Made by a program: the position numbers and the translations under genes. A model generated the notes under the pieces. It was not told the DNA's origin. It saw nothing but the letters and a program-made list of their open reading frames with translations, and did not search any database. Below are positions 9,138 to 18,300 of a stretch of DNA of 64,000 nucleotides, in pieces; the first letter of the stretch is position 1; each line of letters starts with the position of its first letter. Source of the stretch: Polyangiaceae bacterium (GTDB lineage Bacteria > Myxococcota_A > Polyangia > Polyangiales > Polyangiaceae); the NCBI GenBank assembly GCA_965222375.1, contig CBDCTZ010000013.1:640001-704000 (forward strand), given 5' to 3'.

Positions 9138-9560
9138 CTACAACTCGAACTTGTGCATCCCGCTGCGCGCGCTGTCCAGCCTCAGAGTGCGCAAGATTGC
9201 CGAAAATAGCGCATCGGTGCCCTCGCTCTTGCTGACGTAGGTGGAGTTGCGCACGGAGCGGGACACCGCATACAGCTCGTCCTCGGGCACGCCGGAATAG
9301 AACACGATGGGCACGGGCTCGGTATCAGCTCCGGCCGCGACCAGCTCGGCGAGGCGCTGCCCGCTCATGGCGGGCATGTTGACGTCGAGCACCAGCACGT
9401 CAGGTTCGTGCTTTCGCATCAGGCCGCTGACGCCCAAGGGCGAGTCCGACGTGAAGACCTCCAAGCCGCGCTCCGTCAGCGCGCGTTTCACTGCGCGCAG
9501 GGCATGCGGATCGTCGTCAACGACGAGAACCTTCGCGGTCGCCTTCTTGTCGGCCACCAT
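9138..9560 (-). CDS. Single-domain response regulator (receiver)
   Basis: VLVVDDD, VLDVNMPAMSG, YVSK motifs. Confidence 0.85.
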   Translation of the reverse strand: MVADKKATAKVLVVDDDPHALRAVKRALTERGLEVFTSDSPLGVSGLMRKHEPDVLVLDVNMPAMSGQRLAELVAAGADTEPVPIVFYSGVPEDELYAVSRSVRNSTYVSKSEGTDALFSAILRTLRLDSARSGMHKFEL

Positions 9561-9578
9561 CTCAGACCTGCCACCCGC

Positions 9579-10583
9579 TCATTCGTAGGTACCCGTCGGG
9601 ATTTTGGGACCCTTGTGGAGCATCACGCCATTGATCAACGGCAGCGCCACGATGTCACCCCCCGCCGCCCAGACGCCGCCCTTGGGATCGATGAAGACCG
9701 AATGGAAGTCGGAAAACACGTCGATTCCATGGGTCTCTTCGGACCAACCCGAGGCGCCACGCGTCAAGATGGTGCCCGTATTGCCCGCGGCGAAACCCTT
9801 CGTGCCCCGCATGCGCACTCCGATCATCGCGCGATCCGACTCCGGCGGCGTGACGTCTTTCCAACCGTCCCCGGAGTCCTCGATGATCACGGCTCGAGCC
9901 AAACCGCCGACGGCGACCCATGGTCCGCCCTCGTCGGCGTGAAGTGTCAGAAGGCGCTGGGTGGTTGGAGACTTGGGCTGCGAGAAGGCCGACCCGTCCC
10001 AATGCAAGATCACACCATCCATGCCCACGATGCGGACGTCCGTCGCCGATCGGCCCCAGACCTTGAAGTAGCTGGAAATCGGAACGCTCGGCAACCCCGG
10101 TGCGTCCACCCAGTCGGTCCCGTCATAACGCCACACGAACGCAGCGCCGGTGCCACTTGGCTGCCCGCCCACAGCCCAGAGATCCGTAGGGGAGGTTCCC
10201 CAGATCCCGAACACGGTCGCACTCGACGGCGTGCTCATCTTCTGAAAGCTGCCACCTTCGTACTTCAAGATCGTGCCAGCGGAGCCCCCAATGAATACCG
10301 GGCCTTCGGGGGTCGCGTGCACCCACCACAGATTGACCGGCAAGCCCGGCGAGCGGCGCTGCCACTTGCTGCCGTCGAAGTGCAGCACGAACGCGCCCGA
10401 ACCGTCGCCCGGATCGCCGCCAACGGCCCAGATGTCCCGCTCGCTCGTGCCGGAGACGCTGATCAGCGCACCAGGCAAGTCCTGGAAGACCATCTTCCAC
10501 TTCGGCGCTTCGGGCTCATCCTCGCTACCGCAGGCGACGAGCAGCACGGAAACAAGGAGCAGGTAAGCAGCTCTCTTCATCAT
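9579..10583 (-). CDS. Beta-propeller-like lipoprotein
   Basis: Lipobox LVAC; repeated W[GA]xS..D[IL]WAVG / LHxDG..W units. Confidence 0.75.
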   Translation of the reverse strand: MMKRAAYLLLVSVLLVACGSEDEPEAPKWKMVFQDLPGALISVSGTSERDIWAVGGDPGDGSGAFVLHFDGSKWQRRSPGLPVNLWWVHATPEGPVFIGGSAGTILKYEGGSFQKMSTPSSATVFGIWGTSPTDLWAVGGQPSGTGAAFVWRYDGTDWVDAPGLPSVPISSYFKVWGRSATDVRIVGMDGVILHWDGSAFSQPKSPTTQRLLTLHADEGGPWVAVGGLARAVIIEDSGDGWKDVTPPESDRAMIGVRMRGTKGFAAGNTGTILTRGASGWSEETHGIDVFSDFHSVFIDPKGGVWAAGGDIVALPLINGVMLHKGPKIPTGTYE

Positions 10584-12733
10584 TCCACTTTCTGCGCTCT
10601 GGGAAACTTCGTGTCGATCAACGCGTCACTTGGAATTGGAGTCTTGATCGGTTCATCCGCTTTGACCACAACCGCACGCATCCGCATGATTTCGGCGAGC
10701 GTCAACGGCCGGGATTCCTTGGGATCGGGATGGCCCGTTGCCACCAGCGGCTCGCCTGCCGCGTTGATGATGGCGTCCAGCGCGTAGATCTTCACGTCCG
10801 TCTTCGGATCGCAACTTGGATCCAGATTCGTCACGTCGCAGGCTTCAAAATTGTAACGCTGACTTCCGAAGCCGTGGGTAATGTCGAGTAGGACTTTGTT
10901 CTTCGGCTTCGTCGCGTCGCCGACCGAGTGACAGCGGTCGCATGCCATGAACTGACTTCGCCGGCGGGTGGTGTGGGGATTGAAGCCGCGCTGACCAAAG
11001 CCGGCAATCGTGCGGCCGCCGGGGAACTTGAAGGTCCGCGGAGAGTTCTCGATCAGCGTCTTTTTGCCACTCGGCGCGCTCGCGTCCGCGTCCGTGACCG
11101 TCATGAAAAAGCGCTCCGCGGGCATACTCGGCGCAAGCAGCCCGTCGGAGTTGCGCATCAACACCAAGTCGTTGAGCTGAACCCAACGCCGTTTGCCTGT
11201 CGGGTGGCCGGGGGTCAGTTGGCCAGTGGTCTGGTAGCGCTTCTCCTTGGAGAGATCGAGCTCCACGTGGCAGCCGTAGCAGCTCGGCGACCAACCCGCG
11301 TGACAGGTGTAGCACTCGAGTTCGTCCGTGTGGCTGAAGCCCTGGGCGTTGATGCCCATGGAGCGCGCGCCAAACTCCGTGTAGGGAGGGTGACCGGGAG
11401 TGATCACGTCTTTGACTTGGGTGACCTCGAGTTCCAGATTCGTGACCTTGGTTTTCAGCCAGAGCTTGCCGTCTCGCTCGTAGAGGTTGTTGCGGCCGGC
11501 CTCGGGCTTGGCTCGCTCCCGGACGGTGCCGTGACAGTCCGTACACTCCGTCCGCACGCTGCACTGGGTGTCGGCATAAAGATGACCATCGCCGTGCACG
11601 TCAGTCAGGGTGTGGCAATCGATGCAGTGCATGCCCGCCTCGAAATGCACGTCTGCGGGCGTTTCGTCGAAGTCGTTCGAAAAGTCTTCGTCCACGATGT
11701 AGTAGTTCGCGTCGTGCCCGTGCAGCGCTTGCCCTAAGACGATGGGGCGCTCGGGGTTTTCGCCCGCGCCGGCAGATTCTCGATAGCCCTGGTAGCCGAT
11801 GCCGAGCCGCCCGCCGCGGTAGTGGCAGCGGGTACACTGCTGCAGGGGAATGGCATTGGTGAGCTCATGTTTGATCGGGTGCGGCACCGTCTGCTTGGAG
11901 ATCCTCGGATCGTCCGATTGGCTCAGCCCGTCGTCTGCGTAGGGCATGTGGCAAGCGGTGCACCCTGACGAGCGGAAGTCACCCCGGAATCGGTTCTCGC
12001 CAAAGTCGTTCAGGTGGCAGCGCATGCAGGACTTGACCATGTATTGGTCCTGGGCGTTGGCGACGCTCACGGCCGTTTTCGGATCCGTCGAGCCGACGAC
12101 CATGGCAGGGGGATCGAACTTCTTCAGTTCCGCAACGCTGCACTTGTTGGCAGGATCGTAGGTGTCGTCCTTGATGTCCTGCCCGCCAAACAGGCCGTAG
12201 GGGTCCGGCTGGGCGCCCGCTCGCCAGCGCGCTACGGTCACCTCGCCGGAGGTGTGCGCCATGGTCGAGCGCGGTACCAGCTTGGATTCCTCGACGTGAC
12301 ACTTGCCGCAGGTTTGGTCCAGAACTCGGAAGTCGCCGGGGTTGATGAATCGCACGTACGCCGGGTCATGCTGGTCGAGTTCGGTGGTCGACAGGTTTTT
12401 CAAGTATTTGGCGCCACTACCTGGCGACACATGAGCTTGCTTCTTGTCGTAGATCCATGCGCCATCGCAGTTCGGATTGTCCGGATCGCCACTCAGGGTC
12501 CCGTTGCAAACCCAAGGGTTACCACCATGGCAATCGACGCAGCTCAAGGGAAAGCCCGGGTGGGCATCTTCGATGCCATGAGGCTTTCCGTTGGAGGCAC
12601 GAGGCTGATGGCACACTAGGCAGTTTTCGCGATGCTCTACGACGTCCTCCACTACGTCGCTCTCACAGGCGACGGCCAACCACACCGCACTCGCAAGCGC
12701 GAGGGGCAAAGGCCACGAACGTCGCAGAGTCAT
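10580..12733 (-). CDS. Multiheme c-type cytochrome lipoprotein (11 CxxCH)
   Basis: Lipobox LAVAC; CLVCH, CVDCH, CGKCH, CMRCH, CTACH, CTRCH, CIDCH, CTDCH, CYTCH, CYGCH, CDRCH. Confidence 0.9.
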   Translation of the reverse strand: MTLRRSWPLPLALASAVWLAVACESDVVEDVVEHRENCLVCHQPRASNGKPHGIEDAHPGFPLSCVDCHGGNPWVCNGTLSGDPDNPNCDGAWIYDKKQAHVSPGSGAKYLKNLSTTELDQHDPAYVRFINPGDFRVLDQTCGKCHVEESKLVPRSTMAHTSGEVTVARWRAGAQPDPYGLFGGQDIKDDTYDPANKCSVAELKKFDPPAMVVGSTDPKTAVSVANAQDQYMVKSCMRCHLNDFGENRFRGDFRSSGCTACHMPYADDGLSQSDDPRISKQTVPHPIKHELTNAIPLQQCTRCHYRGGRLGIGYQGYRESAGAGENPERPIVLGQALHGHDANYYIVDEDFSNDFDETPADVHFEAGMHCIDCHTLTDVHGDGHLYADTQCSVRTECTDCHGTVRERAKPEAGRNNLYERDGKLWLKTKVTNLELEVTQVKDVITPGHPPYTEFGARSMGINAQGFSHTDELECYTCHAGWSPSCYGCHVELDLSKEKRYQTTGQLTPGHPTGKRRWVQLNDLVLMRNSDGLLAPSMPAERFFMTVTDADASAPSGKKTLIENSPRTFKFPGGRTIAGFGQRGFNPHTTRRRSQFMACDRCHSVGDATKPKNKVLLDITHGFGSQRYNFEACDVTNLDPSCDPKTDVKIYALDAIINAAGEPLVATGHPDPKESRPLTLAEIMRMRAVVVKADEPIKTPIPSDALIDTKFPRAQKVE

Positions 12734-13260
12734 CCTTCGTCCAGCACTACAGATACCGAGAAATCGGCACTGCGATCGTCGTCGTCCGTCACCGCAACCG
12801 TCAACTTGCCGGGCTTCCCAAACACATCATCGATGGGCTTGTTCTCGTTGGGCGGCGCGTGCTGGGCCGGCACGGCTAGCGCTTGGATCTCCAACCAGCC
12901 ATCCGTGGCCAAGAAGAACGTCTCGCGAGACTCCACATCGCCCAAGACTTCGCCAGCGTCGGTGCGGAGCTGGGCGGTGACGTTGGCCGGGCTCGCAATT
13001 CCGATGATGCGCACCGCAGGCATGGTCCAGGTACCGCCTTGCAAGCCGAAAACGATTGCACACGAGTCGCCGTTTTTCAGAGGCTTGTAAAGCTGCTCAA
13101 CGTAGAAGCCGACCTCCACGGTTGGCGTGCCGCTGGGCACGTACGCAAGCTCGTCGCCGTAGTCCACGTTGGGATCCACGACGCGCTTGGTCACGTTCTC
13201 CCCGCATGCTGAGAGGCAGCTGAGCGCTACAACAACAGACAAGCCAAGACCACGTCGCAC
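12730..13260 (-). CDS. Lipoprotein of unknown function
   Basis: Lipobox LSAC; 4-bp overlap with the cytochrome gene. Confidence 0.7.
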   Translation of the reverse strand: MRRGLGLSVVVALSCLSACGENVTKRVVDPNVDYGDELAYVPSGTPTVEVGFYVEQLYKPLKNGDSCAIVFGLQGGTWTMPAVRIIGIASPANVTAQLRTDAGEVLGDVESRETFFLATDGWLEIQALAVPAQHAPPNENKPIDDVFGKPGKLTVAVTDDDDRSADFSVSVVLDEG

Positions 13261-13400
13261 AGTGGGAGAATCATGCTTCGACTCGCGCCACTTGGCCAGC
13301 TGCTGGCGTCTCCGAACCCAGTGGGAATCGCGAAAATAGTGCGCAATCTGCCGACAAGCGAGGCCTCTTTGGCGCGCGCGCTATTGCCGCGCGCAGACGC

Positions 13401-14339
13401 TCAGCGAGGAGCGGCCGCTTTCTGCGCGTCCTCGTGGCGCTGGACCACGCTCCGTACCTGCGGATGGTCGGGCGGGAAGGCGCGCTCTCGGATCTTCCGA
13501 GACTTGGCACAAGCGGCCACGGCGGCGTCGAGTTGTTTTGCGTCAAGCTCGAGCCCGCAGAGGTTGAACAACGTCGTCGCCACATTCGGGTGGCTAGCGC
13601 CATGCGCCGCCGACAGCTCGGCAACGCTCTCCTGAAAGCTGGCGCGCGCTCGAGCGAAATCCTGGCGGTGGTACTGAATGCTGCCCAGGGTGTTTAGGGC
13701 GAGGCCCAACCCGGCGCTCCGGTTGGCGACGCGCAGGGCGGGGATCACCTTCTCCAGAATCCGCTCCGCCTCGTGGTAGCGCTTCTGATACTTCAGGTTG
13801 ATGGCGAGGTTCGTCCGCGCCCGCAGGAGATCCGGATGGGTCTCCGGACGGCGCTCGGAGAGCGCGGCTATGACATTCCGAAACGCTCGCTCGGCATCTC
13901 CGTAGTCACCCGCATAGTCCGACACCACTCCGAGCATTTCCATGGTCTCGACGGTGTAGTCGTGCACCGGGCCGTATAGCTTCCGGTTGATCTTCAGCGC
14001 CGACTCGAAGCGATCTCTAGCTCTACCAAGCTGTCGCAACGCTGTATGCGCTTGACCCAGGGTATAGAGCGTCGCCGCGAGGCGAACCTGGTCCACAGGC
14101 CGACACGCTTCCAAGGCGGTGAGCCCACGCTCCAACCGCTCGAGGGCAAGCTGGGGCTTTCCCTCGTTCAAGGCCTGGCTGCCCTCGGCAAATGCTTTGG
14201 GATCGGGCTCGCAGTCCACCACGACCGGATCGGTCGGATCGCGCTGCGGGCTCTTTGGCGGCGGAGTGGAACCTCCGCAGCTGGTGGCCACGGCAAAAAA
14301 AACAGCCCATCGCAGAGCGGCAAGGAATGTTCGCATCAT
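13401..14339 (-). CDS. Tetratricopeptide-repeat lipoprotein
   Basis: Lipobox ATSC; kinesin-light-chain-like TPRs (YGPVHDYT, THPDL, SHPNVA, DHPQV). Confidence 0.8.
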   Translation of the reverse strand: MMRTFLAALRWAVFFAVATSCGGSTPPPKSPQRDPTDPVVVDCEPDPKAFAEGSQALNEGKPQLALERLERGLTALEACRPVDQVRLAATLYTLGQAHTALRQLGRARDRFESALKINRKLYGPVHDYTVETMEMLGVVSDYAGDYGDAERAFRNVIAALSERRPETHPDLLRARTNLAINLKYQKRYHEAERILEKVIPALRVANRSAGLGLALNTLGSIQYHRQDFARARASFQESVAELSAAHGASHPNVATTLFNLCGLELDAKQLDAAVAACAKSRKIRERAFPPDHPQVRSVVQRHEDAQKAAAPR

Positions 14340-14767
14340 GTCGGCGTCGCCACACTCTCGAGTACTTGGGCCAGGTCTGTGCGGATCAATGCGTAGAGCG
14401 CGGAGCCCAGGGCGGCAAGTCCTGACTCAAGTTCGACTCCGGATCCAAGGCACAAGCCGCCGGCGAAGTAGACGATTCGGGCCGGCGGCCCCTCCGATGC
14501 ATTCACCTCGCCGCTGTCGAAAAGAAACACCGATCGAGATGGCGTGCCGCGTTCCATCCTCACTTCGCAGACCGGTAGCTGCGAGGCGTCACCTGCAATG
14601 CCAGTTCGTCGCGGCTAGGCTTGGACAAGACTTGAAACGGATGGACGCGCTCGAGAGGCGGATCCGCGTTCGGCGTGGGCCCGAATGGAGGCAGCGTGGA
14701 ACGCCTTTTCCCGCATGGTGACCAGCCAGCCAGGTCAGGTCAACTACGCCGTGCTACAAGTCCGTGC

Positions 14768-15901
14768 ATGAAGCTCGACGAATCCTACGAGTTGTATCGC
14801 TCGACATGCCGACGTTTCGCTGAAGAGAAGATTGCTCCCTATGTCGTCGAATGGGAGGAGGCTGGCCAGTTCCCACGCGAACTGTATCGCGAGGCAGCAC
14901 ATGCCGGCATTCTGGGAGCAGGCTTTCCCGAGGAGCTCGGTGGCGGCGGCGGCGACTTTCTCCACGGCCTGGTCGGGGTCGAGGAGATGCTACGGGGCGG
15001 CTCGAGTGGTGTCGTGGCCGGGCTCGGTAGCCTCGGTATCGCGCTGCCCCCGATCATGAAGACAGGCAGTGTGGAGCAACAGAAGAGGTTCGTTCCGCCG
15101 GTGCTGAGCGGCGAGAAGGTTGCCGCTTTGGCGATTACGGAACCGGGCACGGGCAGCGACGTCGCTGGAATTCGCACTCGCGCGGTACGAGACGGCAACG
15201 ACTACCTCCTTTCAGGCTCGAAGATGTTCATCACCAGCGGCGTCCGCGCCGACACGGTGACGGTTCTAGCTCGAACCGGCGAGGACAAGCATCACGGCAC
15301 TACGTTCTTCGTGGTCGAGCGAGGCATGAAGGGTTTCGAGGTATCCCGAGCGCTAAAGAAGACGGGCTGGTGCGCCAGCGACACGGCGGAGCTGTCTTTC
15401 GACGAAGTCCGAGTGCCTGAGGCAAACCGCCTCGGCGAGGAAGGCTCCGGCTTCGTGACCCTGATGCAAAACTTCCAAAACGAGCGACTCGCACTGGCCT
15501 TCTACGGACACGCAACGGCGCAAATCGCTTACGAAGATGCGCTCCAATACTCCAAAGAGCGTGAGGCCTTCGGGCGCGCTCTGGCCGGATTCCAGGTGAC
15601 CCGACACAAGCTGGCGCAGATGGCGACGCTCGTCGCAGCCGCGACCGCATTCAACTACACCACTGCCAAGCGAGTCGTTCACGACGACGAGTACCTGGTT
15701 GGCGAAGTCAGCATGGCAAAGAACTTCGCGGCCGATGTTGCGCAGCGCGTTTGCTACGACGCAGTGCAGATCTTCGGAGGCATGGGCTTCATGCGTGAGA
15801 CGCGAGTGGAGCGACTGAGCCGCGATGCGCGGCTGTTGCCGATTGGGGGCGGCACCACAGAAATCATGAACGAGATCATCGCCAAGAGCCTCGGGCTCTA
15901 G
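14768..15901 (+). CDS. Acyl-CoA dehydrogenase
   Basis: [30 protein letters not shown] and IGGGTTEI motifs. Confidence 0.95.
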   Translation: MKLDESYELYRSTCRRFAEEKIAPYVVEWEEAGQFPRELYREAAHAGILGAGFPEELGGGGGDFLHGLVGVEEMLRGGSSGVVAGLGSLGIALPPIMKTGSVEQQKRFVPPVLSGEKVAALAITEPGTGSDVAGIRTRAVRDGNDYLLSGSKMFITSGVRADTVTVLARTGEDKHHGTTFFVVERGMKGFEVSRALKKTGWCASDTAELSFDEVRVPEANRLGEEGSGFVTLMQNFQNERLALAFYGHATAQIAYEDALQYSKEREAFGRALAGFQVTRHKLAQMATLVAAATAFNYTTAKRVVHDDEYLVGEVSMAKNFAADVAQRVCYDAVQIFGGMGFMRETRVERLSRDARLLPIGGGTTEIMNEIIAKSLGL

Positions 15902-16079
15902 CGACGACCAACGGCCCGCTACCCTCTGGTCATGCGACTGCTTCGCGCCAGCTCCGCCTGCCTGCACTTTGCGGGCGTCCAGGACGTTCTGCAAGGCGAA
16001 GATCTGCGACGTGAGTGCGTCCACTCAAACTTGCTGGGGTCGCTGGCGGCGCGCGGCATTCCGTATTAGGCGAGGGTTC

Positions 16080-17639
16080 GTGAAGATCGCCGCGATCGAC
16101 ATCGGATCGAACTCGATCCACATGATTGTCGCTGAAGCGACGGGCACCGGCTCCTTCGAGGTGATCGACCGGGAGAAGGAGATGGTCTTCCTGGGCAAAA
16201 GCGTCTTCGATCACGGGCGATTGACCGATGAGGCCGTGGGCACTGGGCTGGCGGCACTTGGCAAGTTCAACAAGCTGGCACAGCGCCACGGCGTCACTGA
16301 CATCCGTGCCGTCGCCACATCCGCAACTCGAGAGGCAGAAAACGGCGGGGAGTTCCTGTACTCCATCGCCGACACGACAGGCATCGTGCCCCAGGTGATT
16401 TCCGGCACCGAAGAGGCTCGCTACATTTACCTCTCTGCGCGCAACGCCGTCGATCTGATGCAGCGCCGCGCCCTGGTCATCGACATCGGCGGTGGAAGCG
16501 TCGAGGCCGTGGTGGGTGACGCGCGGGAAATGCTTCTCGGCTTCAGTCTCAAGCTCGGCGTCCAGAGGTTGCGCTCCAAGTTCGGCAAGGGCGCACCCCT
16601 GACCAAGAAGCAGCGCAAGGAGCTAGAGGAGCACGTTCGAAAGCATGCCGGGCCAGCTCTGCGCCAGGCGCGTGACCAAAACCTGGACTTGGTGGTCGGC
16701 ACTTCGGGCACCATTCTGGCTTTGGGGCAGGCCGCTCACTTGGCTTCGGGCGCCGAGGCCTGGACCAGCAGCTCCAACCAAGTGGTCAAGCTCGCCGACC
16801 TAGCGGACCTGGCCACCGAACTCGCCGGCGCCACTGCGGAGGAGCGCGCCGAAATGCCGGGGGTGGATCACGCTCGCGCGGACTCCATTCATGTGGGGGC
16901 CATCCTCTTGGTCACGCTTTTGGAGCTGGCCAAAGCCGACCGCATCACCCTTTGCGACGCTGCGCTACGAGAAGGACTAATACTCGACTACTTGGAGCAG
17001 AAAGCGGATCTCATTCAGTCCTACGATGTTGTCTCGGATATTCGACGCCACAGCGTGCTGGGCCTCGCGGAGCGCTGCGGCCAGCGCGGGCCACACCCCG
17101 CGAGAGTTGCGAAGCTGTCACTTCAACTCTTCGATGCTTTACGGCCCATGCACGGGTTGGATGAAGAAGACCGCCGATTGCTCGAGTTCGGAGCCATACT
17201 GCACGATGTTGGCCAACATATCGGCTACGAGCGACACGAGCATCACGCGGCCTACATCATCCGCCATGGTGATTTGCGCGGCTTCTCGGATCTGGAGCGG
17301 GAGCAACTTGCCCTACTGGCCCGCTATCACCGCAAAGCCCGGCCGCGTAGAAAGGACGCCGACTACGCGGCGCTGCCCGCAAAGCGTCGCCGCGCGGTGA
17401 GCATCATGGCAGGAATCCTGCGAGTCGCGGACGGCTTGGATAGGAGCCATCACCAGCTCGTCGAAAGCCTACGAGTAGAAACGAGTCCGGAACGCGTCCG
17501 CATCGTCGTTCAAGCCTCCGGAGACGCCGAGCTGGAGATTTGGGGCGCGCGCCGTAAGCTGAATTTGCTATCTCGCGTTCTGAAGCTGCCCGTGGTGCTG
17601 GATATCGAAGCCAGATTGGGCGTGCAACAAACCGCCTGA
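16080..17639 (+). CDS. ppx: Ppx/GppA exopolyphosphatase with HD domain
   Basis: AAIDIGSNS, ATSATREAEN, DIGGGSVE, ALREG and LHDVG motifs; GTG start. Confidence 0.9.
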   Translation: MKIAAIDIGSNSIHMIVAEATGTGSFEVIDREKEMVFLGKSVFDHGRLTDEAVGTGLAALGKFNKLAQRHGVTDIRAVATSATREAENGGEFLYSIADTTGIVPQVISGTEEARYIYLSARNAVDLMQRRALVIDIGGGSVEAVVGDAREMLLGFSLKLGVQRLRSKFGKGAPLTKKQRKELEEHVRKHAGPALRQARDQNLDLVVGTSGTILALGQAAHLASGAEAWTSSSNQVVKLADLADLATELAGATAEERAEMPGVDHARADSIHVGAILLVTLLELAKADRITLCDAALREGLILDYLEQKADLIQSYDVVSDIRRHSVLGLAERCGQRGPHPARVAKLSLQLFDALRPMHGLDEEDRRLLEFGAILHDVGQHIGYERHEHHAAYIIRHGDLRGFSDLEREQLALLARYHRKARPRRKDADYAALPAKRRRAVSIMAGILRVADGLDRSHHQLVESLRVETSPERVRIVVQASGDAELEIWGARRKLNLLSRVLKLPVVLDIEARLGVQQTA

Positions 17640-17649
17640 AGCGGGGTTT

Positions 17650-18090
17650 ATGCTGGTTCACACGTCGGAAATTGAGTTGTCGACTACGGGCGAGTCGGAG
17701 GTCGTGGACATCACAGCGCGAGTTCGAGCTGTCGTCCGCGGCAGCAATATCCTGGACGGTATTGGATGCGTCTTCGTGCCTGGGGCCACAGGCGGCTTGA
17801 CGACGATGGAGTTCGAACCTGGCTGCATACTCGACTTCCAAGCCCTGCTTGAACGCCTCGCGCCCGCGGGCGCCGACTATGAGCATGAGAAACGTTGGGG
17901 CGACGGCAACGGCCACAGCCATCTGCGAGCAGCACTCATCGGACCAAGCCTCAGCTTCCCCATCAACTCCGGGGAGCCGACCCTCGGCGCGTGGCAAAGC
18001 ATGGTCTTCGTTGACTTCGACAATCGCGCACGCGACCGACGTCTGATCGTCAAGATAGTCGGCGCTGCGGACGTCAGCTCGCCCACTTGA
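17650..18090 (+). CDS. YjbQ/UPF0047 family protein
   Basis: NGHSHLRAALIG, LGAWQ and DFDNR motifs. Confidence 0.9.
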   Translation: MLVHTSEIELSTTGESEVVDITARVRAVVRGSNILDGIGCVFVPGATGGLTTMEFEPGCILDFQALLERLAPAGADYEHEKRWGDGNGHSHLRAALIGPSLSFPINSGEPTLGAWQSMVFVDFDNRARDRRLIVKIVGAADVSSPT

Positions 18091-18300
18091 TCCGAACGCT
18101 AACAACCGTCATACCCACGGCGGCAGCGGATTCACGCAGTCACTGCGTGAGAACTGCCTAGTTGGCTCGTGTGGCTGCTGTGGTTGCGCAAAAGCGGGTC
18201 GCAGCTCGAAGACGGGAGCGAGTTCACCCCGTGAGGTGTTGACCTCCACAGGGCGCGTCAATCCCGCGAGCACGGCGGCCCACGGCGCCGTGCTCGCGGC

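Noticed and set aside
14336..14716. Minus-strand ORF with an in-frame TAG (14615-14617), possible readthrough or pyrrolysine
   Set aside because: No recognisable protein family or pyl context; more likely non-coding or decayed sequence
15902..16079. Pho box upstream of ppx
   Set aside because: Only an isolated GGTCAT half-site, with no 11-bp-phased partner
18097..18170. Integron attC site (GCTAAC...GTTGGC)
   Set aside because: Inner L boxes do not pair convincingly, and there is no integrase or second cassette
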